A stretch of DNA of 32,000 bases, from NCBI RefSeq assembly GCF_000175255.2, contig NC_017262.1:630001-662000 (forward strand), read 5' to 3'. Below the pieces are notes generated by a model that had not been told where the DNA came from, searched no databases, and was given only the letters and a program-made list of their open reading frames with translations. Below are positions 7,856-16,721 of the stretch, piece by piece; position 1 is the stretch's first letter, and each line of letters opens with the position of its first letter. Both the position numbers and the translations under genes were made by a program. This DNA comes from Zymomonas mobilis subsp. mobilis ATCC 10988. Lineage in GTDB: Bacteria; Pseudomonadota; Alphaproteobacteria; Sphingomonadales; Sphingomonadaceae.

Positions 7856-8656
7856 CTAAAATCTTTTACTGATTCCCAAATAGATTTGCTCGGCAGGCGT
7901 ATCCCTATTCAAACCGACATTGGCACCAATATCTAACTGAATTGTCTGGGTTAGGGCATAGACAAGCGCACTATCGGCGGAATATTGGGTTGTTTTTCCT
8001 GATGGATCAAAATTGGTCGCCGACCATAATTCACCAATCAAGGTCAAACGATTGGTTAACGGACGCGCCAGATTAAAGACATTCTGCATCGCCGCATGCA
8101 TACCGTTATTATCATCATTCAAAACGATATCGACTTCTGGTGCCAAGGTAAGCAAAAATCCGGCTGGCAATTTGATATTGGCCGCCGCGACCATGCCCCC
8201 TTCCCAATGACGATTACCGATTTTATGACCCGCCGCAGGTGCTTTTACATAGGGGATAACGGCTAAACTAAAACGGTCATCTTCATAATATCGGGTTTTC
8301 CAACGCATAATAACATCGCCCGACCCACCATAATTATGTTTTTCATGGGTAACGCGATCCTGCGTCCAAATTTGGCTATAAGGAACCCAGTTAACCTGAA
8401 AATCCATATAGCTGTTAATGCCATATTTCAAAGTCGGGTTTGTTGCCAAAAGCGTTTGACTATTCAAATTGCCGGAACGGGATTCACTATAATTGGTGAC
8501 ATCCGCCTCTATTTGCCAATGCCCTTTGGGGACAGTGCAAGCCGCCGATGATTTAGTTGGGCGATCGGTGCAGATCGCTCCCAAAGGATCGCTATCCTGT
8601 AAAATATTACCCGTTTCAGCATGGAGCGGCGCTATCATGGCGAGGCTGCCAGCCAA
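7856..8656 (-). CDS. Outer-membrane beta-barrel protein, 'MetA-pathway of phenol degradation'-like transporter family; the true start is probably upstream at a non-canonical codon
   Basis: TDRPT motif near the N-terminus, alternating beta-strand pattern, and C-terminal ...YLGISKRF (terminal Phe). The TTG at 8656 leaves only a signal peptide of about 13 aa. The frame stays open upstream to 8704 and encodes IFLNKSFYYLSSF (see finding). Confidence 0.7.
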   Translation of the reverse strand: MAGSLAMIAPLHAETGNILQDSDPLGAICTDRPTKSSAACTVPKGHWQIEADVTNYSESRSGNLNSQTLLATNPTLKYGINSYMDFQVNWVPYSQIWTQDRVTHEKHNYGGSGDVIMRWKTRYYEDDRFSLAVIPYVKAPAAGHKIGNRHWEGGMVAAANIKLPAGFLLTLAPEVDIVLNDDNNGMHAAMQNVFNLARPLTNRLTLIGELWSATNFDPSGKTTQYSADSALVYALTQTIQLDIGANVGLNRDTPAEQIYLGISKRF

Positions 8657-8814
8657 AAAGCTCGACAGATAATAAAAAGATTTATTCAGAAAAATGGCGC
8701 GTCCCTATCTATCATTGCAAGGTAAACACGCCATTTCACTATTGAATAAATCCCGCTTGTAAAAGTAATTTAACGCAACATTCACAAGAATATAAAGAGT
8801 GTAGCCTGTATCCG

Positions 8815-10404
8815 TTACCGCCTTTCACGGGTAGCCAAGAAACGAATATCGCTATTGCGTTCGGAAACGTAATTCAATTCCCAGCCATCTTTTGCCATAA
8901 AGATCGGGGCTTTATCACGGTCTTCCGCAATAGAAGACTGATGCGTCGCGATAAAATTAGCCAATATCTTTGGATCATCACAAGCTAGCCAGCGCGCCGT
9001 CTGCCATGGCGACGGTTCCAACGCCGCAGCCACCCGATATTCGGCATCTAATCGGGAAATAAAGACTTCCAACTGCAACTGCCCAACAACACCGATAATC
9101 CACTGCCCACCGATTACTGGATGAAAGACGCGAATAATGCCTTCTTCCGCCATATCATCCAGCGCTTTTCGTAATTGCTTGGATTTTGTCGGATCAGACA
9201 AGACAACACGCCGCAAAATTTCAGGTGCAAAGTCAGGCAACCCCGTAAAGGTCAAATCCTGACTATTCTCGCTCAAGGTATCGCCCACCCGCAAGGTGCC
9301 ATGGTTAGGAATACCGATAATATCCCCCGGAAAGGCCTCATCGGCAACTTCTCGATTCTGGGCAAAAAACAAAATCGGGCTGTGAATGGAAATCGCTTTC
9401 CCTGTTCCGATCTGGTTTAACTTCATACCACGGCGGAACCGACCAGAACAAAGCCGCATAAAGGCCACACGATCCCGATGTGCCGGATTCATATTGGCCT
9501 GCACTTTAAAGATAAAACCATTAACAGAGGGATCATCGGGATTCACTGGCTCTGGGTCAGCAGGCTGTGGCCGAGGGCCCGGTGCATGACGTGCAATGGC
9601 TGAAATCAACTGTTCAACACCGAAATCTTTCAAAGCCGACCCGAAATAAACCGGCGTCAAATCGCCAGATTGATAGGCTTTTTCGTCAAATTCGGCATAA
9701 CCGACTTCCGCTAACTCAACTTCTTCTTTTAAATTCTGGCGGGCATTTTCTGAAATAAGGCTTTCCAATTTGGGATCATCCAAACCAGAAATAACCGTCG
9801 CATCCCCGCGATAGGCATGATTATCTTCTTTTGAAGGCTTTAACAGCTTCTTATGCTCGATATCATAAAGCCCTTCAAACAGGCCGCCCATACCGACAGG
9901 CCAAACCATTGGGCTGACATCCAAAGCCAACTGATCGGCAATCTCATCAAGCAATTCAAAGATAGGCCGTCCTTCCCGATCCACTTTATTGATAAAAGTG
10001 ATAATCGGCACCGACCGCAGACGGCAAACCTCGAATAATTTACGGGTCTGGGCTTCAATACCACGGGCAGCATCAATCACCATGACCGCAGAATCGACCG
10101 CCGTCAAAGTGCGATAAGTATCCTCGGAAAAATCTTCATGCCCCGGCGTGTCCAATAGATTGAAGGTCAAACCATCATATTCAAAGGTCATCACCGAAGA
10201 GGTAACCGAAATACCGCGTTGCTGTTCGATTTTCATCCAGTCCGAACGCGCGCGGCGATTATCGCCACGGGCTTTCACCTCACCGGCCAGATGGATAGCA
10301 CCACCGAAATACAGCAATTTTTCGGTAAGCGTTGTTTTACCGGCATCAGGATGGGAAATAATAGCGAATGTGCGTCTATCTGGGCGTGAAGAATGAGCAG
10401 TCAT
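8815..10404 (-). CDS. prfC: Peptide chain release factor 3 (translational GTPase)
   Basis: G-domain motifs AIISHPDAGKTTLTEKLL, DTPGHEDF and NKVDR, with RF3-like length from Met36 of the track ORF (ATG 10404). The 35 upstream codons of the track ORF look non-coding. Confidence 0.9.
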   Translation of the reverse strand: MTAHSSRPDRRTFAIISHPDAGKTTLTEKLLYFGGAIHLAGEVKARGDNRRARSDWMKIEQQRGISVTSSVMTFEYDGLTFNLLDTPGHEDFSEDTYRTLTAVDSAVMVIDAARGIEAQTRKLFEVCRLRSVPIITFINKVDREGRPIFELLDEIADQLALDVSPMVWPVGMGGLFEGLYDIEHKKLLKPSKEDNHAYRGDATVISGLDDPKLESLISENARQNLKEEVELAEVGYAEFDEKAYQSGDLTPVYFGSALKDFGVEQLISAIARHAPGPRPQPADPEPVNPDDPSVNGFIFKVQANMNPAHRDRVAFMRLCSGRFRRGMKLNQIGTGKAISIHSPILFFAQNREVADEAFPGDIIGIPNHGTLRVGDTLSENSQDLTFTGLPDFAPEILRRVVLSDPTKSKQLRKALDDMAEEGIIRVFHPVIGGQWIIGVVGQLQLEVFISRLDAEYRVAAALEPSPWQTARWLACDDPKILANFIATHQSSIAEDRDKAPIFMAKDGWELNYVSERNSDIRFLATRERR

Positions 10405-10734
10405 GAAACCTGAATCAAAAAGAAGCCTGTTGGGAAAATCCATCGCTATAAACGATAGTCGGGTCAGGACAGCTTGATCTCCTGACCTTGTCACGCATGA
10501 CATGAACAAAAATCATCTTTTTAGCAAGCAAAAGGCCAAAATCCGCGACAAAATGAATGCTGCTTCTATATCATCCCCAGATCAGAAGAAAATGATTCCA
10601 CCCTTCACCAACCAAAATCCTAAAATAAAATATCCTAAAACGGGGAAAGGCGCCGGTTAACGAAACCGACGCCCAAGGAATTTAGGGATAAGGGTGAAAT
10701 TATAGGATATAAGCTATATGAGTATTGTCGGACG

Positions 10735-11007
10735 TTATTTCGTCTTTTTCTCGACAGATTCTTTAATATCTTCAAATTTTTCCTGTGCGCTTTCTTTCAG
10801 GTCTTCCAAAGCGTCTTTGGCTTTATCAACACCATCGCTGATAGCTTCCTTGGCATTGCCGAAAGCCTTCGAGGCCGCACCCTGAGCTTGCTCAAGAATA
10901 CCCTTGCTCTGCAATTCAGGATCGTCAATCGCCTTACCAAGTTCTTCTTTCCCGGCGCCGACGGCTTTCTGTGCAGTCCCTTTAATTTTATTGTAGGTGC
11001 CTGACAT
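10735..11007 (-). CDS. CsbD-like general stress protein with a charged helical C-terminal tail
   Basis: MSGTYNKIKGTAQKAVGAGKEELGKAIDDPELQSKGILEQAQG... fits the CsbD pattern (K-x-KG...Gk...d..l..eGk..q..G). A strong SD, GGAGGAGG, lies 5 nt before ATG 11007. An EcfG-type promoter lies upstream. Confidence 0.75.
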   Translation of the reverse strand: MSGTYNKIKGTAQKAVGAGKEELGKAIDDPELQSKGILEQAQGAASKAFGNAKEAISDGVDKAKDALEDLKESAQEKFEDIKESVEKKTK

Positions 11008-11104
11008 ATCTACCTCCTCCATTCAATTAAGACACTTAAACACGACTTAAAATAAAGCCGTTTTTCTTTAAGTGAAACCATCAACATTCGATCTATACTT
11101 CACC

Positions 11105-11130
11105 AACGAAGGAGAAGAGGAATAGGTTCC
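11105..11130 (-). promoter_or_regulatory. EcfG (sigma ECF15, alphaproteobacterial general stress response)-type promoter for the CsbD-like gene
   Basis: The minus strand reads GGAAC-ctattcctcttctcctt-CGTT. This matches the published GGAAC-N16/17-CGTT consensus exactly with a 17-nt spacer, about 100 nt upstream of ATG 11007. Confidence 0.55.
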
Positions 11131-11169
11131 CAGAAATATAAAAATTTTTACCGAAAAGGCTTTTTACAA

Positions 11170-11198
11170 TTTACAGGAAAATTTAACAAATTTATGAT
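11170..11198 (+). promoter_or_regulatory. Candidate sigma70-type promoter for the ABM-domain gene
   Basis: TTTACA (11170-11175), a 17-nt spacer, then TATGAT (11193-11198). It is followed by GGGAG (11216-11220) and ATG 11228. This is motif-level evidence only. Confidence 0.3.
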
Positions 11199-11227
11199 TC
11201 TTTGCTAAAGAGATTGGGAGTTGTTGT

Positions 11228-11524
11228 ATGATTTATGAATTCTTGCAGATATCTATTAAGGAAAATTCAGAAGATTCTTTTATCGCCGCAGTTGAAAAGG
11301 CGAAACCGTTATTTCTCAATTCACCGGGTTGCGAAGGCATGACTCTGACCCGCTCTCACGAACATAAAGGCCGCTTTTGTCTGGTTATCCGTTGGGAATC
11401 GATAGAAGCCCATGTCGAAGGCTTCCGCAAATCAGATGCCCTGCCGCAATGGCGCGCTTTGGTAAATGAATATTTTTCGGAACCACCCAAAGGCGAACAT
11501 CTTATTCCGGTTTTTGAAGCCTGA
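11228..11524 (+). CDS. Antibiotic-biosynthesis-monooxygenase (ABM, ferredoxin-like) domain protein
   Basis: 98 aa, the typical ABM size. The pattern ...GCEGMTLTRSHEHKGRFCLVIRWESIEAHVEGFRKSDALPQWRAL... resembles the ABM fold signature (..l..w.s.eah..f..s..f..). Confidence 0.7.
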   Translation: MIYEFLQISIKENSEDSFIAAVEKAKPLFLNSPGCEGMTLTRSHEHKGRFCLVIRWESIEAHVEGFRKSDALPQWRALVNEYFSEPPKGEHLIPVFEA

Positions 11525-11540
11525 AACCCATCCCGAAAAG

Positions 11541-11565
11541 AAAAGCAGGCCAAAAGCCTGCTTTT
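11541..11565. terminator. Bidirectional intrinsic terminator between convergent genes
   Basis: aaaaGCAGGC-caaaa-GCCTGCtttt. A GC stem is flanked by an A-run and a T-run, so either strand reads stem plus U-tract. It sits between stop 11524 (+) and stop 11591 (-). Confidence 0.6.
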
Positions 11566-11590
11566 CCTGTTTTTGATTCTAATGGGATAA

Positions 11591-12586
11591 CTAGATCAAA
11601 CCTGCCAACGGACTAGACGGATCCGCATACATCCGTTTTCCCATACGTCCAGCCAGATAGGCCATACGACCGGCTTCAACGGCGGATTTCATTGCCTGTG
11701 CCATCAACACCGGATTTTTAGCTTCGGCAATGGCCGTATTCATCAAAACGGCATCACAGCCCAATTCCAAGGCAACCGCAGCATCAGAAGCGGTGCCGAC
11801 ACCAGCATCGACCAGAACAGGCACCTTCGCAGCTTCAACAATCAGACGCAGCATGACCGGATTTTGTAAACCCAGACCGGAACCGATAGGCGCCCCCAAA
11901 GGCATAATGGCAACAGCTCCTGCATCTTCAAGACGCTTCGCCATAATCGGATCATCGCTACAATAAACCATCGGCTGAAAACCTTCTTTCACAAGGATTT
12001 CAGTCGCCTTCAACGTCTCGACCATATCGGGATAAAGGGTGCGGGCTTCGCCTAAAACTTCCAACTTCACCAAAGTCCAGCCACCGGCTTCCCGTGCTAA
12101 ACGCAAGGTTCTCACGGCTTCTTCTGCATTAAAGCAACCGGCCGTATTGGGGAGAAAACAATATTCTTTCGGGTCGATATAATCGGTCAACATCGGGGCA
12201 GATGTATCAGTCAGATTAACCCGACGCACAGCCACAGTCACGATTTCAGCCCCTGCGGCTTTTACCGCTGCCGCATTCTGGGCATAATCTTTATATTTAC
12301 CGGTGCCGACAATTAAGCGGGATTTGAAGGTATGGCCTGCTACAGACCAGCTATCATCAGACATTAAATTATCACCTCCGCCAACAAAATGGACGATTTC
12401 CAATTGATCGCCCGATTCAATGGTTACATTGCCGAGTTCAGAGCGCGGCACGATTTCGAGATTGCGTTCAACAGCCACCTTGGCCGGATTCAAGCCCAAT
12501 GATTGCGCCAAAGCCGCAATCGTTATTCCGGCTTTCACCTGATGAGGTTCACCATTTAGCTTGATATTGATGAGACTATCACTCAT
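11591..12586 (-). CDS. thiG: ThiS-ThiG in-frame fusion (sulfur-carrier beta-grasp domain plus thiazole synthase)
   Basis: Residues 1-71 are ThiS-like and end in EIVHFVGGG. Residues from about 75 to 331 are ThiG ([34 protein letters not shown]). An internal SD (GGAGGTGA) and ATG 12364 lie at the domain junction. Confidence 0.85.
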   Translation of the reverse strand: MSDSLINIKLNGEPHQVKAGITIAALAQSLGLNPAKVAVERNLEIVPRSELGNVTIESGDQLEIVHFVGGGDNLMSDDSWSVAGHTFKSRLIVGTGKYKDYAQNAAAVKAAGAEIVTVAVRRVNLTDTSAPMLTDYIDPKEYCFLPNTAGCFNAEEAVRTLRLAREAGGWTLVKLEVLGEARTLYPDMVETLKATEILVKEGFQPMVYCSDDPIMAKRLEDAGAVAIMPLGAPIGSGLGLQNPVMLRLIVEAAKVPVLVDAGVGTASDAAVALELGCDAVLMNTAIAEAKNPVLMAQAMKSAVEAGRMAYLAGRMGKRMYADPSSPLAGLI

Positions 12587-12664
12587 GAAAAGCTGCCTTT
12601 GCCTAAGAAATCTAACCTGTTCTATAAAGAGCCTTTACCCCTACTCGCAACCGGAAGTAACATC

Positions 12665-13105
12665 ATGGCCAAAAAGCCGACCATATTTATTCTAAACGGG
12701 CCTAATCTTAATCTCTTGGGATTACGCGAACCGACAATCTACGGGCATCAAACGCTAGAAGACATTGCTAACAAATTAAAACTTCAAGCAGAAAAACTTG
12801 ATGTTACCGTCGAGATAAGACAATCTAATCACGAAGGGGCATTAATTGATTGGCTACAGGAGGCTCAAGCTGTAAAGGCAAAGGCCGTTATCTTGAACGC
12901 AGCGGCCTATACGCATACGTCCGTTGCGATCTATGATGCGATCAGAGCTATAACGGTGCCGGTGATTGAAGTGCATCTTTCCAATCCCCATGCCCGCGAG
13001 GCTTTTCGTCATAAAAGCTATGTCGGAGAGGCCGCATTGGGGACAATTTCCGGATTTGGCGCAGAAAGTTACTCTCTTGCGCTGGACGCTGCCGCCAAGC
13101 TCTGA
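12665..13105 (+). CDS. aroQ: 3-dehydroquinate dehydratase, type II
   Basis: MAKKPTIFILNGPNLNLLGLREPTIYG...HLSNPHAREAFRH is the type II DHQase signature. I chose ATG 12665 over the track's longer 12599 start on homolog-like N-terminus and length (146 aa). Confidence 0.9.
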   Translation: MAKKPTIFILNGPNLNLLGLREPTIYGHQTLEDIANKLKLQAEKLDVTVEIRQSNHEGALIDWLQEAQAVKAKAVILNAAAYTHTSVAIYDAIRAITVPVIEVHLSNPHAREAFRHKSYVGEAALGTISGFGAESYSLALDAAAKL

Positions 13106-13201
13106 CATGGCAGAAACCGTAATAACTATCCGGTTATTACAGTTTATGCCTTAACAATTAATAAATGCCGGATAGCCGGAATAATTTTCGTGAGCGTAAG
13201 A

Positions 13202-13684
13202 ATGACAGAAAAACACAAAGAAGCCATGCAAGTCGATCCCGAATTAGTGAATCAACTCGCAACTTTATTGGATGCGACGAACCTGACTGAAATTGAAGTG
13301 CAGGATGGCGACCGCCGTATTCGTGTCGTTCGCAACGCTACCGTCTATGCCCAGCCACAGACTATTCCTGTTGCCCCGATGCAGCAGGCACCGATGAACA
13401 CAGCATCGGCAGCGCCTGCGGTAGCACCTGTTGCCGAAGCTGCGAATCATCCTGGCACAGTCTATTCGCCTATGGTTGGCACGGCTTATCTGGCACCGGA
13501 ACCCGGCGCTTCCAATTTTGTCCATGTCGGTGACAAGGTCGAAAAAGGCACAATCCTGCTCATTGTCGAAGCCATGAAAGTGATGAATCCGATTGTGGCG
13601 CCCAAAAGCGGGATCATCTCATCAATTATGGTTGAAAACGCCCAGCCGGTCGAATTCGATCAGCCGCTGGTGGTAATAGAGTAA
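13202..13684 (+). CDS. accB: Acetyl-CoA carboxylase biotin carboxyl carrier protein
   Basis: It has an Ala/Pro-rich linker and the C-terminal biotinyl domain with the EAMKVMN lysine motif. The start could be ATG 13202 or GTG 13190. It sits in the conserved aroQ-accB-accC order. Confidence 0.9.
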   Translation: MTEKHKEAMQVDPELVNQLATLLDATNLTEIEVQDGDRRIRVVRNATVYAQPQTIPVAPMQQAPMNTASAAPAVAPVAEAANHPGTVYSPMVGTAYLAPEPGASNFVHVGDKVEKGTILLIVEAMKVMNPIVAPKSGIISSIMVENAQPVEFDQPLVVIE

Positions 13685-13688
13685 TTCC

Positions 13689-15047
13689 GTGGCCATCAAA
13701 AAAATTCTTATCGCCAATCGCGGTGAAATCGCCCTTCGTATCCATCGTGCCTGTCATGAAATGGGGATTAAAACGGTAGCGGTTCACTCAACCGCCGATG
13801 ACGATGCCATGCATGTTCGTTTGGCGGATGAAACTGTCTGCATCGGCCCCGCTCCCGCGGGTGAAAGTTATCTTAATATCCCGAATATCATCGCCGCTGC
13901 CGAGATTTCCGGTGCCGATGCTGTTCATCCGGGATATGGCTTTTTGTCTGAAAATGCCCGTTTTGCGGAAATCGTCGAAAGCCATGAACTGATCTGGATT
14001 GGGCCCAAGCCGGAACATATCCGTATTATGGGTGACAAGGTAGAAGCCAAGCGGACGGCAGGTAAACTCGGCCTGCCGCTGGTTCCCGGATCAGACGGCC
14101 CCCTTCACGAGATCAGAGAAGCCAAAGCTGTCGCGGCAGAAATCGGCTATCCCGTGCTGATTAAGGCGGCTTCCGGTGGTGGTGGTCGCGGGATGAAAGT
14201 CGTCCAAAGTGAAGACGAACTCGAAAGCCTGATGGCACAAGCCAAATCCGAGGCCAAAGCCGCCTTTGGTGACGACACCATTTATATGGAAAAATATCTG
14301 GCCGCCCCGCGCCATATTGAATTCCAGATTTTTGGTGACGGTGAAGGTCAGGCCATCCATTTGGGTGAACGTGATTGTTCTTTACAACGCCGCCATCAAA
14401 AGGTGCTGGAAGAAGCCCCCTCACCCGTTATCTCTGCAGAACAGCGCGAAGAAATGGGTGGGATCGTCGCCAAGGCCATGTCCGATATGCAGTATCGCGG
14501 CGCAGGCACGATTGAATTTTTATACGAAAACGGGCAATTCTATTTCATCGAAATGAATACCCGTCTTCAGGTCGAACATCCAGTCACAGAAGCGATCACT
14601 GGCTTGGACTTGGTGCGCGAACAAATCCGCGTTGCTGATGGTCAGGGTCTGTCCCGTACACAGGAACAGATTACGTTATCCGGCCATGCCATTGAATGTC
14701 GTATCAATGCCGAGGACCCTGATAATTTCACGCCTTCACCGGGCAAGGTGAAAAATTATCATGCTCCGGGTGGTTTCGGGGTTCGGGTCGATAGCGGCCT
14801 TTATAGCGGTTATGCGATTCCGCCTTACTATGATAGCATGATTGGCAAGCTGATCGTGCATGGTGAAACAAGACAAGAAGCAATCAACCGCCTTTCCCGT
14901 TCTCTGGAAGAATTTATCATTGACGGGATTAAAACGACTATTCCTTTGCAGCGATCACTTCTCGCCAAAGAAGAATTTGTGGATGGCGATTATACGATCA
15001 AATCGCTTGAAGCTTGGTTGGAAGAAAAGAGCTTGAAAAAGATCTGA
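13689..15047 (+). CDS. accC: Acetyl-CoA carboxylase biotin carboxylase subunit
   Basis: 452 aa with [14 protein letters not shown], the ATP-grasp glycine loop GGGGRGM, and [14 protein letters not shown]. The GTG start lies 4 nt after the accB stop. Confidence 0.95.
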   Translation: MAIKKILIANRGEIALRIHRACHEMGIKTVAVHSTADDDAMHVRLADETVCIGPAPAGESYLNIPNIIAAAEISGADAVHPGYGFLSENARFAEIVESHELIWIGPKPEHIRIMGDKVEAKRTAGKLGLPLVPGSDGPLHEIREAKAVAAEIGYPVLIKAASGGGGRGMKVVQSEDELESLMAQAKSEAKAAFGDDTIYMEKYLAAPRHIEFQIFGDGEGQAIHLGERDCSLQRRHQKVLEEAPSPVISAEQREEMGGIVAKAMSDMQYRGAGTIEFLYENGQFYFIEMNTRLQVEHPVTEAITGLDLVREQIRVADGQGLSRTQEQITLSGHAIECRINAEDPDNFTPSPGKVKNYHAPGGFGVRVDSGLYSGYAIPPYYDSMIGKLIVHGETRQEAINRLSRSLEEFIIDGIKTTIPLQRSLLAKEEFVDGDYTIKSLEAWLEEKSLKKI

Positions 15048-15074
15048 TGTCATAGACCAAAGATATAACGAAAA

Positions 15075-15102
15075 AGAGCCGGAATTTTCCGGCTCTTTTT
15101 TT
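15075..15102. terminator. Bidirectional intrinsic terminator (accC / cysQ-like convergent pair)
   Basis: AGAGCCGG-aatttt-CCGGCTCT followed by a T-run (15096-15102) and preceded by an A-run. It lies between stop 15047 (+) and stop 15107 (-). Confidence 0.7.
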
Positions 15103-15106
15103 ATGC

Positions 15107-15925
15107 TTATTTTTCTACAGGTAAAGGCGGCTGCTCCGATCCATAGGCGATAAAACCGGGGTTGCGATAACCCGGTTTCCCATAGGTCAGATTTTCACCC
15201 GTCTCGTCGATCACATTACCCCCTGCGGCCAAAAGAATGGCATGACCCGCAGCCGTATCCCATTCATGGGTAGGCGATAATCGGGGATAGATGTCCGCTT
15301 TTCCTTCTGCCAATAAACATAATTTCAAAGAAGAACCGGCCTTAATCCGATTTTCGATCGGTAATTGCTTCAAATAGGCCTCGGTTGCAGGGTTATTATG
15401 GGAAAAAGAGGTCATTACATCCCATTTCTTACCCGCTTCACGGATTTGAATGCTATTCCGGTTTTCAATCTGGAAATCTTCAGTCGTATCAGCGGCCCAT
15501 GCCGTTTTAGCCAACACATCGCCGACATAAAGGCGGTTGATTGCCGGCGCATAGATCACACCTAAAATAGGATAGGCCTTTTTAATCAGGGCAATATTGA
15601 CCGTGAATTCATCACGCTTATTCACAAATTCCTGCGTGCCATCAATGGGATCAACCAAGAAAAAGCTGTCGGTATTATACCCCTTCTTGGTTTTGGCGTA
15701 TTCTTCTTCTGCGATGACGGCAACACCGGGTTGCAGCTTTTTCAATCCCTGTAAAATAATCGCTTCAGCTTCCCGATCCGCCTGCGTTACGGGGCTATCG
15801 TCATCTTTCTTCATCACGGTGAAATCACCATGATAAATTTCGAGCGCCCGTTTTCCGGCCTGTAGCGCAATTTGTACCAGACCTTCTAATAACGCAGCCT
15901 GCGGCGAAAGTGATGATAAAAGCAT
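15107..15925 (-). CDS. cysQ: Inositol monophosphatase-family phosphatase, CysQ-like 3'(2'),5'-bisphosphate nucleotidase
   Basis: Motifs SPVTQADREAE, AEEE, LVDPIDGTQEF and WDTAAGHAIL. I preferred ATG 15925 because GGGAGA lies 4 nt upstream; the track's ATG 15937 is the alternative. Confidence 0.75.
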   Translation of the reverse strand: MLLSSLSPQAALLEGLVQIALQAGKRALEIYHGDFTVMKKDDDSPVTQADREAEAIILQGLKKLQPGVAVIAEEEYAKTKKGYNTDSFFLVDPIDGTQEFVNKRDEFTVNIALIKKAYPILGVIYAPAINRLYVGDVLAKTAWAADTTEDFQIENRNSIQIREAGKKWDVMTSFSHNNPATEAYLKQLPIENRIKAGSSLKLCLLAEGKADIYPRLSPTHEWDTAAGHAILLAAGGNVIDETGENLTYGKPGYRNPGFIAYGSEQPPLPVEK

Positions 15926-16122
15926 AATGTCTCCCATAAGGCGGAAGGCTTTTTACAAAAAAACCTTTTTTTCTATTTAAAGCATTTTAGAAACAGATCG
16001 TAGTTTTTTTAAACGACTCTGAAAATAACAATTTCAAAGCTTTTTATGGGCATCAAAATGGCGGTCATCTTTTCTTGTAGAAAAATCTAAGCCCCTTTTT
16101 GAACCAAGGTTACCTTCAATTT

Positions 16123-16593
16123 ATGCCCCAGACGCCTTTCATATCTCGGATCAGAAAATCAAATTCTGGCGATGGGCAGCGTGTTATGGAAATCTGGCGC
16201 GATGCGGTGCAAGAAACACATCTTTTTCTAAAAGCAAAAGATCGTTTTGAAATAGAAAAGTCGCTCTCTGATTTTTTGCCCATGGCATCCTTATGGCTCG
16301 CTGTCGATGACAGCGATAACGCGATAGGATTTATGCTATGCTCTCACAATCATCTTGAAGCGCTTTTTATTGATCCTCATTTTATGGGGCAAGGCATCGG
16401 ACGTAGGCTTGTGCAACAGGCTATTTCTTTTTGTAACGATATCCTGTCCGTTGATGTCAACGAAGAAAATAGCCAAGCTCTTGGCTTCTATCGTCATTTA
16501 GGTTTTATCGAGACAGGCCGATCCAAAACAGATCGCCAAGGCTATCCCTATCCCCTGATTTTTATGCATTTACCTCGAAATATATTAAAATAG
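16123..16593 (+). CDS. GNAT-family N-acetyltransferase
   Basis: It has the acetyl-CoA binding motif FMGQGIGRRLV (Q/R-x-x-G-x-G/A) and then ALGFYRHLGF. I preferred ATG 16123 over the track's TTG 16099. Confidence 0.75.
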   Translation: MPQTPFISRIRKSNSGDGQRVMEIWRDAVQETHLFLKAKDRFEIEKSLSDFLPMASLWLAVDDSDNAIGFMLCSHNHLEALFIDPHFMGQGIGRRLVQQAISFCNDILSVDVNEENSQALGFYRHLGFIETGRSKTDRQGYPYPLIFMHLPRNILK

Positions 16594-16663
16594 ATATCAG
16601 AAGGCAGATATTCGCTTCTGCCTTGAAAGATGGCTTGAATAAACGGCCTCTCTACCAAGCAAT

Positions 16664-16700
16664 AAAAAAGGCAGCGCTTTTTGGAGCGCTGCCTTTTTTT
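16664..16700. terminator. Bidirectional intrinsic terminator (GNAT gene / rpoC convergent pair)
   Basis: aaaaaAGGCAGCGCT-ttttgg-AGCGCTGCCTttttttt. A 10-bp GC-rich stem sits between an A-run and a T-run, 22 nt from the rpoC stop. A second hairpin without a U-tract lies at 16601-16624. Confidence 0.7.
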
Positions 16701-16721
16701 AAAAGAAAGAATAATCAGAAA

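Noticed and set aside
10405-10509. 35-codon N-terminal extension of prfC, and similar track extensions for rpoB (25153-25185), aroQ (12599-12664) and csbD (11008-11022)
   Set aside because: The extensions lack homolog-like sequence. Internal ATGs give canonical N-termini, and for rpoB and csbD they have clear SD sequences.
12587-12664. Possible TPP (THI-box) riboswitch upstream of thiS-thiG
   Set aside because: Only about 78 nt separate the divergent thiS and aroQ starts. I could not find the conserved CTGAGA / ACCTGA-type THI-box elements on the minus strand.
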